Below, piece after piece: positions 19,523-29,221 of a stretch of DNA of 42,226 nucleotides (positions are counted from its first letter, which is position 1; each line of letters begins with the position of its first letter). The notes under the pieces are model-generated. The model did not search any database and was not told the origin of the DNA. It saw only the letters and a list, made by a program, of their open reading frames with translations. The translations under genes were made by a program, and so were the position numbers. The DNA is from an uncultured archaeon. Its GTDB lineage: Archaea > Asgardarchaeota > Thorarchaeia > Thorarchaeales > Thorarchaeaceae. The stretch spans positions 1-42,226 of the forward strand of contig CAYYQL010000022.1 of the NCBI GenBank assembly GCA_964473825.1, given 5' to 3'.

Positions 19523-19589
19523 CAGAAAGAATATATACCAGTGTACTGTTTGTCAATAGTACCTCAATAAGTAGGTTATACATACCTAA
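19523..19589 (+). promoter_or_regulatory. BRE/TATA promoter with adjacent inverted repeats (candidate operator) for the ECF operon
   Basis: CAGAAAGA-ATATATA, then GTACTGTT-tgtc-AATAGTAC (7/8 inverted repeat) and TAGGT..ACCTA, followed by an AGGAGGAG RBS. Confidence 0.5.
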
Positions 19590-19637
19590 CAGGAGGAGAT
19601 GTGACTGTCAGAAGAACGCGTTAGAGAAAGACAGCCA

Positions 19638-20387
19638 ATGGGATACGGTGGCGCTAGCATCGCCTTTATCGCCGTCTATGGTGCGATAAACGGTGCACTC
19701 GCCCTCGTACCAATCTTCCCTTACGTCGGTGGCGGCGGCTTCCTACCACTCTGTGTGGTTTTTGAAGCAATCGGCCCACTGATTCTGGGACCTGTTGGCG
19801 GAATCCTTGCAGCCGTTATCGGCGGTGTCATTGGGATGTTTATCAGTCCTGCGACCTATCCATTAGGTCCGGTTGATGTACTCCTTACCGGAATCCTTCC
19901 GGCTTTGTATGTGGCACTCATCATAAATGCCGATGATAACAAATACTGGGTTCTTTCATTGTTGGCAATGATTGTGACCTCAGTCTTCGCCATATTCTGG
20001 CCATACATTTGGCCTGGAATCACTGGCGAAACTTGGACCATCGAGTTCTTGCTCGCAGGTCTGATGTTCTGGCTACCATGGCTAATCATCGAGTTTACCC
20101 CTATCGGTAAGACGAAGATTCCAGAGTGGTCCCGGATGGAAGACCCAAAGACGAGGTACCTCGGTGTGCTGTTGGCCGTTCTCATGGGCCTAATGATGTG
20201 GTTCATACCATGGGGCATGGTCTACTGGTACATTTTCGAGTATTCAGTGGCATTGGCAATCGGGACGTTCATCGCGTATAGCTGGTGGGTACCAACCCTT
20301 GCAGTTATCACGACGATCATCGCCGTTGCTGTCGTTGAGTCACTGAAACGAAGCGGACTACCAAGGATTCCCAGAGCAATCTGGTAG
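19638..20387 (+). CDS. ECF transporter substrate-specific (S) component
   Basis: About 7 TM helices with a PLILGPVGGILAAVIGG motif, lying directly upstream of the ECF ATPase and T genes. Confidence 0.8.
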   Translation: MGYGGASIAFIAVYGAINGALALVPIFPYVGGGGFLPLCVVFEAIGPLILGPVGGILAAVIGGVIGMFISPATYPLGPVDVLLTGILPALYVALIINADDNKYWVLSLLAMIVTSVFAIFWPYIWPGITGETWTIEFLLAGLMFWLPWLIIEFTPIGKTKIPEWSRMEDPKTRYLGVLLAVLMGLMMWFIPWGMVYWYIFEYSVALAIGTFIAYSWWVPTLAVITTIIAVAVVESLKRSGLPRIPRAIW

Positions 20388-20405
20388 AATAGTTTTCTTA
20401 GAACG

Positions 20406-20434
20406 GTGGGGCAGACGCATCGTGTCGGCCCCAC
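20406..20434 (+). terminator. Intra-operon hairpin after the S component
   Basis: GTGGGGC-a-GACGC-atc-GTGTC-g-GCCCCAC. Confidence 0.5.
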
Positions 20435-20510
20435 TCAATTTCCTCCTGAACAAACACACACAAATATACAGTAGACAACCCCTCGAATTGATAGGATGTG
20501 CAATACCCCT

Positions 20511-22262
20511 ATGACAGAACAACCCCTCGTAAAAATTGAGAATCTATCATTCACTTATGAGCGAGGACCTGATGCTCTAAAAGGCCTCAGTCTTGAAGTG
20601 AACAAAGGCGAGGTCGTAGCGATACTAGGTGCCAATGGCGCCGGCAAAACAACGCTATGTTTTCACCTAAACGGTGTCATCCCAACGGTCTATGCCGGAA
20701 CGGAGAAGGGCGAAATAAGTGTGGCCGGACTTGATCCATGGGAAACGCCCATTATCAATCTTGCTTCACATGTCAGCATGGTTCTGCAAGATCCGGAGAC
20801 TCAGTTCGTAACTAACGATGTAGATTCTGAGCTCGCTTTTGGACCTGCCAATCTGGGCATTGAGAAAGAAGAAATACTCAAACGGATGCAGTTTGCAAAG
20901 GAAATCTGTGGTCTTGAAGGTCTGGGAGAAAGACCTCCCAAGGACCTTAGCGGGGGTCAGAAGCAGCGAGTGGCCTTCGGTGCTGGCTTGGCTATGCTAC
21001 CCGAGTTGTTGGTTCTCGACGAACCCACGAGTCAGTTAGATCCTGTTGGAACCAAAGAGATACTTGAAACGTTGAATCGGCTTACTAAGGAAGAAGACCT
21101 GACAATCATTATATCGACACATAAGACTAAGGAGATTGCACCATTGGCGTCTCGAGTCTTAGTACTGAACAAAGGTGAGCAATTCGCCTATGGAACACCA
21201 AGAGAGATATTTGCCAGGTCTGATGAACTTGACGAAATAGGTGTCAATGTTCCTGCCGTCACTCAACTCTGTAGATTGCTTGAGGACAAGATACCTGGTT
21301 TCAAAGAAGAGTTCGAGAAGCGCGGTGGAATCCCGATTACACTTGAGGAAGCTCTTGATTTGTTCAAAGATTTGCTCGATACCGGCTTTCTGAAGATTCA
21401 GTGGAAAGAACCATCGACACCGCCAGAGTATGATACCCCCGTCGTGGTTGATGTTGAAAATGTAACCTTTACCTATCCAGGGAGAAAACCAGTCACCGCT
21501 TTGAAGAATGTGTCTGCCAAGATTCAGAAGGGAGAAGTCGTAGCAATCATCGGTCAGAACGGTTCGGGCAAGACGACACTAGTGAAACATTTCGTTGGCC
21601 TCTTGCGTTGTGACCAAGGTCGAATAAAGGTTCAAGGCAACGACGTAAAAGATATGACAACTGGTGGAATAGCCAAGCGGGTTTCGTTGATTCTTCAGAA
21701 TCCGGACTACCAGCTCTTCAACATAAGCGCTGAGAAGGAGATTGAATTCGGCCTCAAGAACCTTAAACTCGACAAGGATGAGATTGAACGCAGAGTGGAT
21801 GCGGCCTTGAAAGAAGTTGGGCTTGAGGAATCTCGTGATACCTTCCCATTCAGGTTGAGCTTCGGTGATCGAAGAAAGCTTGCCGCAGCAGCAGGAGTTG
21901 CCATGGACCCTGATGTGCTCATTCTTGACGAACCTACCACCGCTCAAGACTATGAAGGCCGACACAAGCTCTGTCAGATTGCCATGGATATGCAGAAGGA
22001 AGGCAAGACGGTCATCATGATTTCACATGACATGGATCTCATAGCGACATATGCCGACAGAATCATAGTGATGGCGGATGCAGAGATTATTGCCGATGGA
22101 CATACTAGAGAGATTTTCGCCATGGACGACATACTTGAAAGAGCTGACATTCGACCTCCACAAATTGCAGAATTCTCGAAATACATGGAACCTTATGGTG
22201 TCAAGAAGTTGATGTTGGACGTAGAAGAAATGGCTGAACTGTTTGTCAAGGGAGGTGCTTAG
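20511..22262 (+). CDS. ECF transporter fused double ATPase (EcfA-A')
   Basis: Two ABC domains: GANGAGKT/LSGGQKQR/LDEPT and GQNGSGKT/LSFGDRRK/LDEPT. Confidence 0.93.
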   Translation: MTEQPLVKIENLSFTYERGPDALKGLSLEVNKGEVVAILGANGAGKTTLCFHLNGVIPTVYAGTEKGEISVAGLDPWETPIINLASHVSMVLQDPETQFVTNDVDSELAFGPANLGIEKEEILKRMQFAKEICGLEGLGERPPKDLSGGQKQRVAFGAGLAMLPELLVLDEPTSQLDPVGTKEILETLNRLTKEEDLTIIISTHKTKEIAPLASRVLVLNKGEQFAYGTPREIFARSDELDEIGVNVPAVTQLCRLLEDKIPGFKEEFEKRGGIPITLEEALDLFKDLLDTGFLKIQWKEPSTPPEYDTPVVVDVENVTFTYPGRKPVTALKNVSAKIQKGEVVAIIGQNGSGKTTLVKHFVGLLRCDQGRIKVQGNDVKDMTTGGIAKRVSLILQNPDYQLFNISAEKEIEFGLKNLKLDKDEIERRVDAALKEVGLEESRDTFPFRLSFGDRRKLAAAAGVAMDPDVLILDEPTTAQDYEGRHKLCQIAMDMQKEGKTVIMISHDMDLIATYADRIIVMADAEIIADGHTREIFAMDDILERADIRPPQIAEFSKYMEPYGVKKLMLDVEEMAELFVKGGA

Positions 22263-23343
22263 TTTGGCTTTTGAATACGTCAAGAAAGACACTCCACTTG
22301 ATAGCATGAATCCACTGGTGAAACTGGCTTACATGGGGGCTGCACTCATCTTTGCACTCTCTCTGAACCAGCTGACTCAACTTGGTGTTGTGGTTTTGTG
22401 GTTGCTTGTGGCAACCCTATGGTGGATTGCCGGCAAGGTTGAACTCAAAAGCTTGGGACTTCTCTTGAGTCTTCTCAAATGGATGGTCCTGTTCCTGATG
22501 ATTATTCAAGGACTGACCTATCGATTTGGTGACCAAACGGTCTTGCTGAGGCTCTTTGACTGGCCGTCTCCTGATGGGACTGTGAATTACGGCGAACTGA
22601 GTGCTGGAGGTGTTATGTTCGGCCTGTTCGTGAGCACTCGAATTGTTGTTGTACTCTCGGTTATTCCGATTTTCACCATGACCACTTCGATGTCGCGACT
22701 CAACGCCGCACTTGCAAAGCTACGCGTACCCCAGAAGGTGATTTTCATGTTCATCACAGCCATGCGCTTTGTGCCTCTCGTCCAAGAAAGCTGGGATGCA
22801 ATCATCGACGCTCAGAAGATACGTGGATTTGATATCGACAAGGCGAATTTCTTCCAGAAGATACGGCGGGCATACATCCCAATCATCACTCCCTTGATTC
22901 TCCTTATGTTCCGTCGAGCGATGGATATGGAAGTCGCCATAAATGCAAGAGCATTTGGAGCGAAGAAGCAGCGAACTTACATCGAGGACATATCATTCAA
23001 GCCTGTGGATTTTGTCGGTTTCACAGCAGTCATCGCAATCTTCATCGGTATGATATATGTCCTGAACTTCCAGTATATGCTCCTATGGAACATTCTGGTC
23101 ACTGTTGTGACGTTTGTGGCGGACTTCATCGTCAATGTCAGCACAACGCTCGGCTTGGATGTGCTGCTTCAGGCATTCAATGCTGTATTGGTCAATATCC
23201 CCATTCTTGGTTTGTACTTCGGGTACTTCAATCAAAATGTCCTCCTGGGCTACGGGGGTATTGTTGGGCTGTTGCTTGCAGTGTATGTCATCCATAAGCT
23301 GATACGAAGGTATACGAGGGTCCCTCGGGCCAAGATCGAGTAA
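22243..23343 (+). CDS. ecfT: ECF transporter transmembrane (T) component, CbiQ/EcfT family
   Basis: MNPLVKL, AMRFVP, AQKIRG and AINARAF (conserved Arg motifs). The start codon is uncertain. Confidence 0.9.
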   Translation: MSREVLSLAFEYVKKDTPLDSMNPLVKLAYMGAALIFALSLNQLTQLGVVVLWLLVATLWWIAGKVELKSLGLLLSLLKWMVLFLMIIQGLTYRFGDQTVLLRLFDWPSPDGTVNYGELSAGGVMFGLFVSTRIVVVLSVIPIFTMTTSMSRLNAALAKLRVPQKVIFMFITAMRFVPLVQESWDAIIDAQKIRGFDIDKANFFQKIRRAYIPIITPLILLMFRRAMDMEVAINARAFGAKKQRTYIEDISFKPVDFVGFTAVIAIFIGMIYVLNFQYMLLWNILVTVVTFVADFIVNVSTTLGLDVLLQAFNAVLVNIPILGLYFGYFNQNVLLGYGGIVGLLLAVYVIHKLIRRYTRVPRAKIE

Positions 23344-23388
23344 AGCGGCTTCGCGTGGTTAGGAAACCGTCAATGGAGCCAATAGTAT

Positions 23389-24843
23389 ATGTCTGACTTG
23401 AATGAACAATTGATAGCGATAGTGGGTCGAGAGAATGTGGTCACAGAAAAGGTTGACCGCGTGGCTTACGCCCGTGATCTGACTCCCTACTTTGCGCTTG
23501 CCGACATCATTGTATTCGCGACAAGCACGGACCAAGTAGTCAGGGTCATTAACACAGCAAACAAACATGAGATTCCAATAACACCTCGAGGTGGAGGAGC
23601 GTCCTTCCAAGGATCGTCGCTCCCAATCAAAGGTGGAATCTTGCTAGATCTCAGCAGGATGAATAGGATCCTTGAGATCAGCAAAGAGGACATGGTTGCG
23701 GTTGTGCAACCCGGTGTCAGGTACGAAACCTTCGATAAGGCACTCTCTGACCATGAACTCTCGTGGCCACACGATGTGGGAAGTCACGATGCAGCAAGCA
23801 TCGGAGGTATCCTTGCATCAGACTCGAATGGACACCATGCATACAAGCATGGCCGAGTAAGCTCGTGGATCCAAGCGATGGAGGTTGTCTTGGCTGATGG
23901 CTCAGTTCTACATCTGGGAACACGCGCACCCAGATACAATATGGGCTACAACCTCTCTGCTCTGTTCTCAGGATCGCAGGGCACACTCGGTGTCATTACT
24001 GAGGCGATTCTTCGGCTGGTGCCACGTCCGAAGTATGATGCGACAATTGGGGCATTTTTCGAAGACTTGGACGATCTGATGGCAGCGTCTCACGCCATCA
24101 CCCTGTCCGGAGTTGACGCAGGAACTCTTGAGGCGACAGATGGCTATACCGTAAAAACAATCAGCGAAGTTATGGACTTCGGTTTCCCTGAGTGTGAAGG
24201 TAACTTCGTCGGTGACATTCAGGCCTTCGATAAGGAAGACCTCGACAGACGACTCAATATCATGGCAGATATTCTCAAGAAACACCGTGGAAAAGAAGTC
24301 ATTTTCGCCTACGATGACGCGATGATACGGAAGCTCTGGGCACCACGAATGGAAATAGATGTGGCCGTCATGAAGACCGACCCGGGTTATCGAGAAATCG
24401 GGTTTGCTGCAGCTGACCCCTGCGTCCCTCTCTCAAAACAGGCCGAAGCTATGCGTGAGATTGGCAGGATAATCCGGTCGCACGGACTTATCGCCGCTGT
24501 CTTCTGTCACACAGGAATTGGAATCATCCATCCTGCTGCCCTCATGGACCCCAAGAGTGAGGATCATTGGAAAGCTCTCAAGCTAGCCGAGAAGGAGGTC
24601 ATTGAGTATGTCTTCAGCATCGGCGGTGTCTTGAGTGCAGAGCATGGACTTGGCTATGTCAAGAACCCCTATGTGAAGCGGGCTGTTGGTGAGAAGAAGC
24701 TCGAGATTGACCGGAAGATCAAGAAGATACTTGACCCCGATGGACTCTTCAATCCGCGTAAGATGGCGCTTGACACGGAGGAACGAGATGTTGAGGCTAA
24801 GCCAATTCACTCGGCGTATGTCACAGACAAGGAGGCCTGGTAG
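23389..24843 (+). CDS. FAD-binding oxidoreductase, GlcD / D-lactate dehydrogenase-like
   Basis: PRGGG, ASIGG, GSQGTLGVITE, SAEHGLG and LDPDGLFNP. Confidence 0.9.
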   Translation: MSDLNEQLIAIVGRENVVTEKVDRVAYARDLTPYFALADIIVFATSTDQVVRVINTANKHEIPITPRGGGASFQGSSLPIKGGILLDLSRMNRILEISKEDMVAVVQPGVRYETFDKALSDHELSWPHDVGSHDAASIGGILASDSNGHHAYKHGRVSSWIQAMEVVLADGSVLHLGTRAPRYNMGYNLSALFSGSQGTLGVITEAILRLVPRPKYDATIGAFFEDLDDLMAASHAITLSGVDAGTLEATDGYTVKTISEVMDFGFPECEGNFVGDIQAFDKEDLDRRLNIMADILKKHRGKEVIFAYDDAMIRKLWAPRMEIDVAVMKTDPGYREIGFAAADPCVPLSKQAEAMREIGRIIRSHGLIAAVFCHTGIGIIHPAALMDPKSEDHWKALKLAEKEVIEYVFSIGGVLSAEHGLGYVKNPYVKRAVGEKKLEIDRKIKKILDPDGLFNPRKMALDTEERDVEAKPIHSAYVTDKEAW

Positions 24844-24847
24844 TCGA

Positions 24848-25240
24848 ATGTCGCTTGAAGAACATAGACACATCATCATGGAGTGCGTGAGCTGCGGACT
24901 CTGTCAGAGCAATTGCCCTATCTACAAGCAGTCCTATGTCGAATCTAACAGCGCCAAGGGGAAGATGTCAATCCTCTACGCTCTCCTTGAGGGTTGGCTG
25001 GACTGGGACGAGGTGGCAGATAGAATGTACGAGTGCACAACTTGCAAGAACTGCCAGGCAACCTGCCTCTCAGGGCTGGATATTCCTGCCGTAGTGGAGG
25101 CTGCAAGAGCAGAGCTAGTCAAGCGGGGGTACGGGAATGAGATATCAGCCAAGCTAGCAGAGAATCTCAAAGAAACTCACAATCCCTTCGGTGAGGATCC
25201 GAAGGTGCGAAACAAGTTCAAAGAAATGGCGGAGGCATAA
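24848..25240 (+). CDS. 2x[4Fe-4S] protein (GlcF/HdrC-like N-terminal part)
   Basis: CVSCGLCQSNCP and CTTCKNCQATC. ATG 24848 follows the upstream stop codon. Confidence 0.88.
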   Translation: MSLEEHRHIIMECVSCGLCQSNCPIYKQSYVESNSAKGKMSILYALLEGWLDWDEVADRMYECTTCKNCQATCLSGLDIPAVVEAARAELVKRGYGNEISAKLAENLKETHNPFGEDPKVRNKFKEMAEA

Positions 25241-25243
25241 CAG

Positions 25244-25966
25244 GTGATAGTGTATTTTCTTGGCTGCATGGCAACCTATCGACTGCCATCCATCGCAGAG
25301 GCAACAATCAAGATTCTAAAACATGCAGACGTTGACTTCAAGACCCTTGGTGAGGACGAGTGGTGCTGTGGAAGTGTCACCCTCCGAACAGGCTTCAATG
25401 AGGAAGCGGAGTATCTTGCTCGCCACAATGTTGACGCCCTGAAAGAGGCGGGAGCAGACCGCGTTGTCACTGCTTGCGCTGGCTGTTTCCGAACCCTGAC
25501 TATCGACTATCCAGAGATTCTCGGTGAGGAATTACCATTTGAGGTGGTTCACTTCCCGACACTCCTCAAGGAGCTCATCGAGGAAGGCAAAATAGAGTTC
25601 CCAGAGGATGAAGAGATTGCAGTCACCTATCACGACCCGTGTCATATAGGTCGCCATATGGGCATCTATGATGATCCTCGTGAGGCTCTCGAGGCAATCC
25701 CAAACGTGGAACTGAGGGAGATGTTCAAGACACGAGAGAATGCCTCATGCTGTGGCGCCGGTGGTGGCTTACGCTCAACAAATCGAGAGCTGGCTAGGGG
25801 AGCTGCTGATACTCGCATAGAAGAGGCTGAGGAGACTGGCGCATCGGTGTTGACCACTGCTTGTCCGTTCTGCACCTTCAATCTGCGGGAGTCGACTGAA
25901 CGCTCAGAGTCTGGAATCGAAATGTTGGACTTCCCTGAGTTTGTCGCGAAGATCCTGAAGCTTTAA
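25244..25966 (+). CDS. CCG-domain Fe-S protein (GlcF/HdrD-like C-terminal part)
   Basis: YFLGC, EWCCG, TACAGC, YHDPCH, CCGAGGG and TACPFC. Confidence 0.9.
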   Translation: MIVYFLGCMATYRLPSIAEATIKILKHADVDFKTLGEDEWCCGSVTLRTGFNEEAEYLARHNVDALKEAGADRVVTACAGCFRTLTIDYPEILGEELPFEVVHFPTLLKELIEEGKIEFPEDEEIAVTYHDPCHIGRHMGIYDDPREALEAIPNVELREMFKTRENASCCGAGGGLRSTNRELARGAADTRIEEAEETGASVLTTACPFCTFNLRESTERSESGIEMLDFPEFVAKILKL

Positions 25967-26292
25967 GACAGAAAGGGTCCGGGTACAGGGAATCCCTTCC
26001 CTTGCAGACGCCGGACACCTCTCTCTTTTCTTTCAACCCACAGTCTATTCGCTTGAGCCCCTCGGCCTGTTGCCTGAAACTCTTCTGTAACGTTCTTTCT
26101 TTCACGCTGAGCGCTGATCGCATGTTCGGATACCCTGGAGAGCAATAATGTCTGCATCGACTGAACTCACCGAGAGATTCAGTGACCCAGCAGTGTCTAT
26201 GCGTCTGCTTGCAACCGTCAATATACAGCCATCACTTATCGGCCAAGTCTTTTGACTGCATTATCCTTGAATCTTAGATGAGAGTTTCTGGC

Positions 26293-27399
26293 TCATCGAA
26301 TTCTTTCACCCATACCATCCAATACGCAACTGGCTCTAATGACAAGGTCGGCAATCACCAATGCCGCCAATCCTTCTACCGCGGGTAGAGCCCTTGGGAC
26401 AATGGAAGGGTCATGGCGCCCTTGGATGCCAATAGTCGTTTCTTTATTGGTCTTTAGATTGACAGTGGTCTGAGATCGGTTGATAGATGGTGTCGGTTTG
26501 AATGCTAGACGGAATACTATTGGCTGACCATTGGATATACCACCTAGGATTCCTCCTGCATCATTCTTGAGCAATACCACCTTTCGGCCTTTCATTGCAA
26601 AAGGGTCGTTATTCTCAGAGCCAAGCATCGCCGCCCCCAAGAAGCCAGAACCGAATTCAATCCCCTTAACTCCGGGTATAGAAAACATTGCGTGGCTCAT
26701 CACACTCTCAACGGAATCGAAGAACGGCTCGCCGATACCTATTGGAACATCCAGAACCCGGCACTCGACTATGCCGCCGACAGAATCTCCCAGGCGTTGG
26801 GTCCTCGCAATCTCCTCTTTCATTTTGGCAACCGCACGAGAATCTGCACACCTTATTTCGTTGGTGTATACATGTTTCTTGATCTCTCGGTCAGTGATTT
26901 GCCTTTCAACCCTTATCTTTCCCACTTGAACTACGTGTGCAACGACTTCGATTCCAAGGCCCACAAGCAATTGCTTGGCGATGCTACCGGCGGCTACGAT
27001 GGGTGCTGTCATTCTTCCTGAGAACACTCCACTTCCTCGGTAGTCGTTGTATGCATCATATTTGATGCGAGCAGTGTAATCTGCTGTGCCTGGTCGGGGC
27101 GTATCCTTGAAAGCCTCGTAGTTGGATGAATCAACGTCGGTATTCGGAATCATCATGACTAGCGGTGCCTGCGTAGTCTTCCCTCGAAAGAGCCCACTTA
27201 ATACAGACACACGGTCTTCTTCGTTTCTCGTAGATGTGACAGTGCTCTGTCCCGGTCGCCGAGTATCCAGGTCTTGTTGCACCTTGTTTAGATTAATCTC
27301 GACGCCCGGTGGGCATCCATCTATGACCACTCCAACGCAGTGGCCATGGGACTCTCCGAATATATGGATCCTGAAAGCTTCTCCAAACGTGAATGTCAT
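26293..27399 (-). CDS. aroC: Chorismate synthase
   Basis: FGESHG, RRPG, PRPG, DSVGG, FKPTPSI and GRHDP. Confidence 0.96.
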   Translation of the reverse strand: MTFTFGEAFRIHIFGESHGHCVGVVIDGCPPGVEINLNKVQQDLDTRRPGQSTVTSTRNEEDRVSVLSGLFRGKTTQAPLVMMIPNTDVDSSNYEAFKDTPRPGTADYTARIKYDAYNDYRGSGVFSGRMTAPIVAAGSIAKQLLVGLGIEVVAHVVQVGKIRVERQITDREIKKHVYTNEIRCADSRAVAKMKEEIARTQRLGDSVGGIVECRVLDVPIGIGEPFFDSVESVMSHAMFSIPGVKGIEFGSGFLGAAMLGSENNDPFAMKGRKVVLLKNDAGGILGGISNGQPIVFRLAFKPTPSINRSQTTVNLKTNKETTIGIQGRHDPSIVPRALPAVEGLAALVIADLVIRASCVLDGMGERIR

Positions 27400-28715
27400 G
27401 CTATTCCTCCTGTAGGCTGTTCTTTGCCAAGGAGCTGAATTTCAGCTCCCAATCTTCTGACGTCTCTGATGAAGTTGGGATAGCTCTTCTTGATGCTTTC
27501 CGCACCTCTTATCGTGGTTTCTCCCTCAGCAACCACCCCGGCAAGGATACAGGTCATTGCAATTCGGTGGTCCTCATGAGCACACAGCGTGTCTCCGATT
27601 AGTCGAGTCGGTCCCTTGATATCAAGTGTGTCCCCTCTCACGGTGATGTCTGCCCCCATCTTTGCGAGTTCTACCGTTGAGGAGATGAGCCGATCGCTTT
27701 CTTTGTGACGTAGTCTTCCTGCGTTATAGATGTGAGTTGTGCCGCTAGCCTGTGTTGCTATCAGAGTCAATACTGGAACGAGATCGGGAATATGACTTGC
27801 ATCGATGCTGCAAGCCCGTAAATTGGACTTTTCGACCCTCACTCCCTCCTGAACTATTCTAACTGAAGCACCCATTTTCTTCAATATGCTCGCGATTTCG
27901 GCATCTCCCTGAATAGAACCCCTTCTTAGCCCGCTCACTACCACATCTCCTGAAAGAGCTCCGGTAGCCATCAAGAATGATGCAGATGAATAGTCACCTT
28001 CCACATGGAATTCAGTTGAATGGTACTCTTGCTTCCCTTGTACTTCGATACATCTCCAATCGGATTGAACTTCGGCAGACACTCCAAACTGAGCCATGAC
28101 CTCAATGGTCATACCCACGTAGTCCTTCGACTCAAGCTCGGTTGTAATTGTCAGCGTCGAGTTTCCACTTGCTTTGGAGCAGGCGAAAAGAAGACCTGAG
28201 ATGTACTGCGAAGACACATTTCCTTCAATAGAAACAGGTCCTCCTGTCAAGGTTCCTCCTTGGACTTCAACGGGTGGGCGATCGTTTCGATGGATCGACT
28301 TTGCCTTAATGCCTAGTTGACGTAAGGCCATGAGAAGACCCTCGATTGGCCTCCTGACAAGACTCTCATTACCTGTCAGAATACATCTGCCCTGCGTCAA
28401 GGATGAGAGTGCCGTGAACAGTCTGAGCGTCGTTCCCGAACCACGGCAGTCCATCTCTTCATCGGGTGTTCGAAGTTGAATCGGTCCTGTGATTCTAATG
28501 TCTGAGCCCCGGTCAATTCTTGCACCGAGCATCTGAGCGACATCAAGTGTTGCTTCGGTGTCATCGCAGTAGAGCGGGTTCCTGATACGTGTGGTATCAG
28601 AAGAGAGAAGCCCACATATGATAGCTCTGTGGGTGCAGCTTTTCGATGGTGGCGCACACACGGTACCGACAGTTTCGGACTTCTTAACAATGACCTTCAG
28701 AGGCCCAACCTCCAT
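27396..28715 (-). CDS. aroA: EPSP synthase
   Basis: PPSKS.THR, SGTT.R, SSQY.SG, DYSSA, LRHKESDR, DHRIAM and KSYPNF. Confidence 0.96.
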   Translation of the reverse strand: MEVGPLKVIVKKSETVGTVCAPPSKSCTHRAIICGLLSSDTTRIRNPLYCDDTEATLDVAQMLGARIDRGSDIRITGPIQLRTPDEEMDCRGSGTTLRLFTALSSLTQGRCILTGNESLVRRPIEGLLMALRQLGIKAKSIHRNDRPPVEVQGGTLTGGPVSIEGNVSSQYISGLLFACSKASGNSTLTITTELESKDYVGMTIEVMAQFGVSAEVQSDWRCIEVQGKQEYHSTEFHVEGDYSSASFLMATGALSGDVVVSGLRRGSIQGDAEIASILKKMGASVRIVQEGVRVEKSNLRACSIDASHIPDLVPVLTLIATQASGTTHIYNAGRLRHKESDRLISSTVELAKMGADITVRGDTLDIKGPTRLIGDTLCAHEDHRIAMTCILAGVVAEGETTIRGAESIKKSYPNFIRDVRRLGAEIQLLGKEQPTGGIA

Positions 28716-29221
28716 CGAATGAGTCTAGCGGCCTCGGTAGCGGTGACCGAGTCTGTTGAGATCTCGATGCTCTTAGCCAAATTGTATCCGCTGTTCCTTT
28801 CCGCAAGAAGGACCTCCAATCGGTGCTTCAGCGTGTTCTGTTCATGAACGAGGAGAGGTCTCGTTTCAATTGGTTGAATCCTCTTGATAATAGTCTCAAC
28901 AGAAGCAGTCAACAGCACAACACGTGTGTGTCTTCTTATCGTTTCAGCGCTAGAGGGGTTCAGTAGTGCTCCGCCACCAAAGCTTATGACACACGAGCGT
29001 TTTCTGCATACTTCTGTTACCACTCTCGCCTCGATTTCTCGAAAGTATCTCTCACCTGAGTGTGAGAAAATGCTGGCAACATCCTTCCCTTCTCCAATTT
29101 CAATCATCTCGTCAGTATCTATGAACTCTCTTCGGAGATTGCTTGCTAGCGCCTTACCCACAGTAGTCTTTCCTGTACCCATGAACCCGATGAGCCCAAT
29201 ACTCAGCTCAGCGTTCAGCAT
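28697..29221 (-). CDS. aroK: Shikimate kinase (bacterial NMP-kinase type)
   Basis: GFMGTGKTTVG, DTD, GERYFREIE, SFGGG and RPLL. Confidence 0.94.
   Translation of the reverse strand: MLNAELSIGLIGFMGTGKTTVGKALASNLRREFIDTDEMIEIGEGKDVASIFSHSGERYFREIEARVVTEVCRKRSCVISFGGGALLNPSSAETIRRHTRVVLLTASVETIIKRIQPIETRPLLVHEQNTLKHRLEVLLAERNSGYNLAKSIEISTDSVTATEAARLIRWRLGL

Noticed and set aside
19290-19600. Riboswitch upstream of the ECF operon
   Set aside because: I saw no TPP, FMN or cobalamin consensus, and the likely TATA box leaves too short a leader.
25976-26020. 3'-UTR hairpin as a SECIS element
   Set aside because: The upstream Fe-S genes have no in-frame TGA. A terminator is the simpler explanation.
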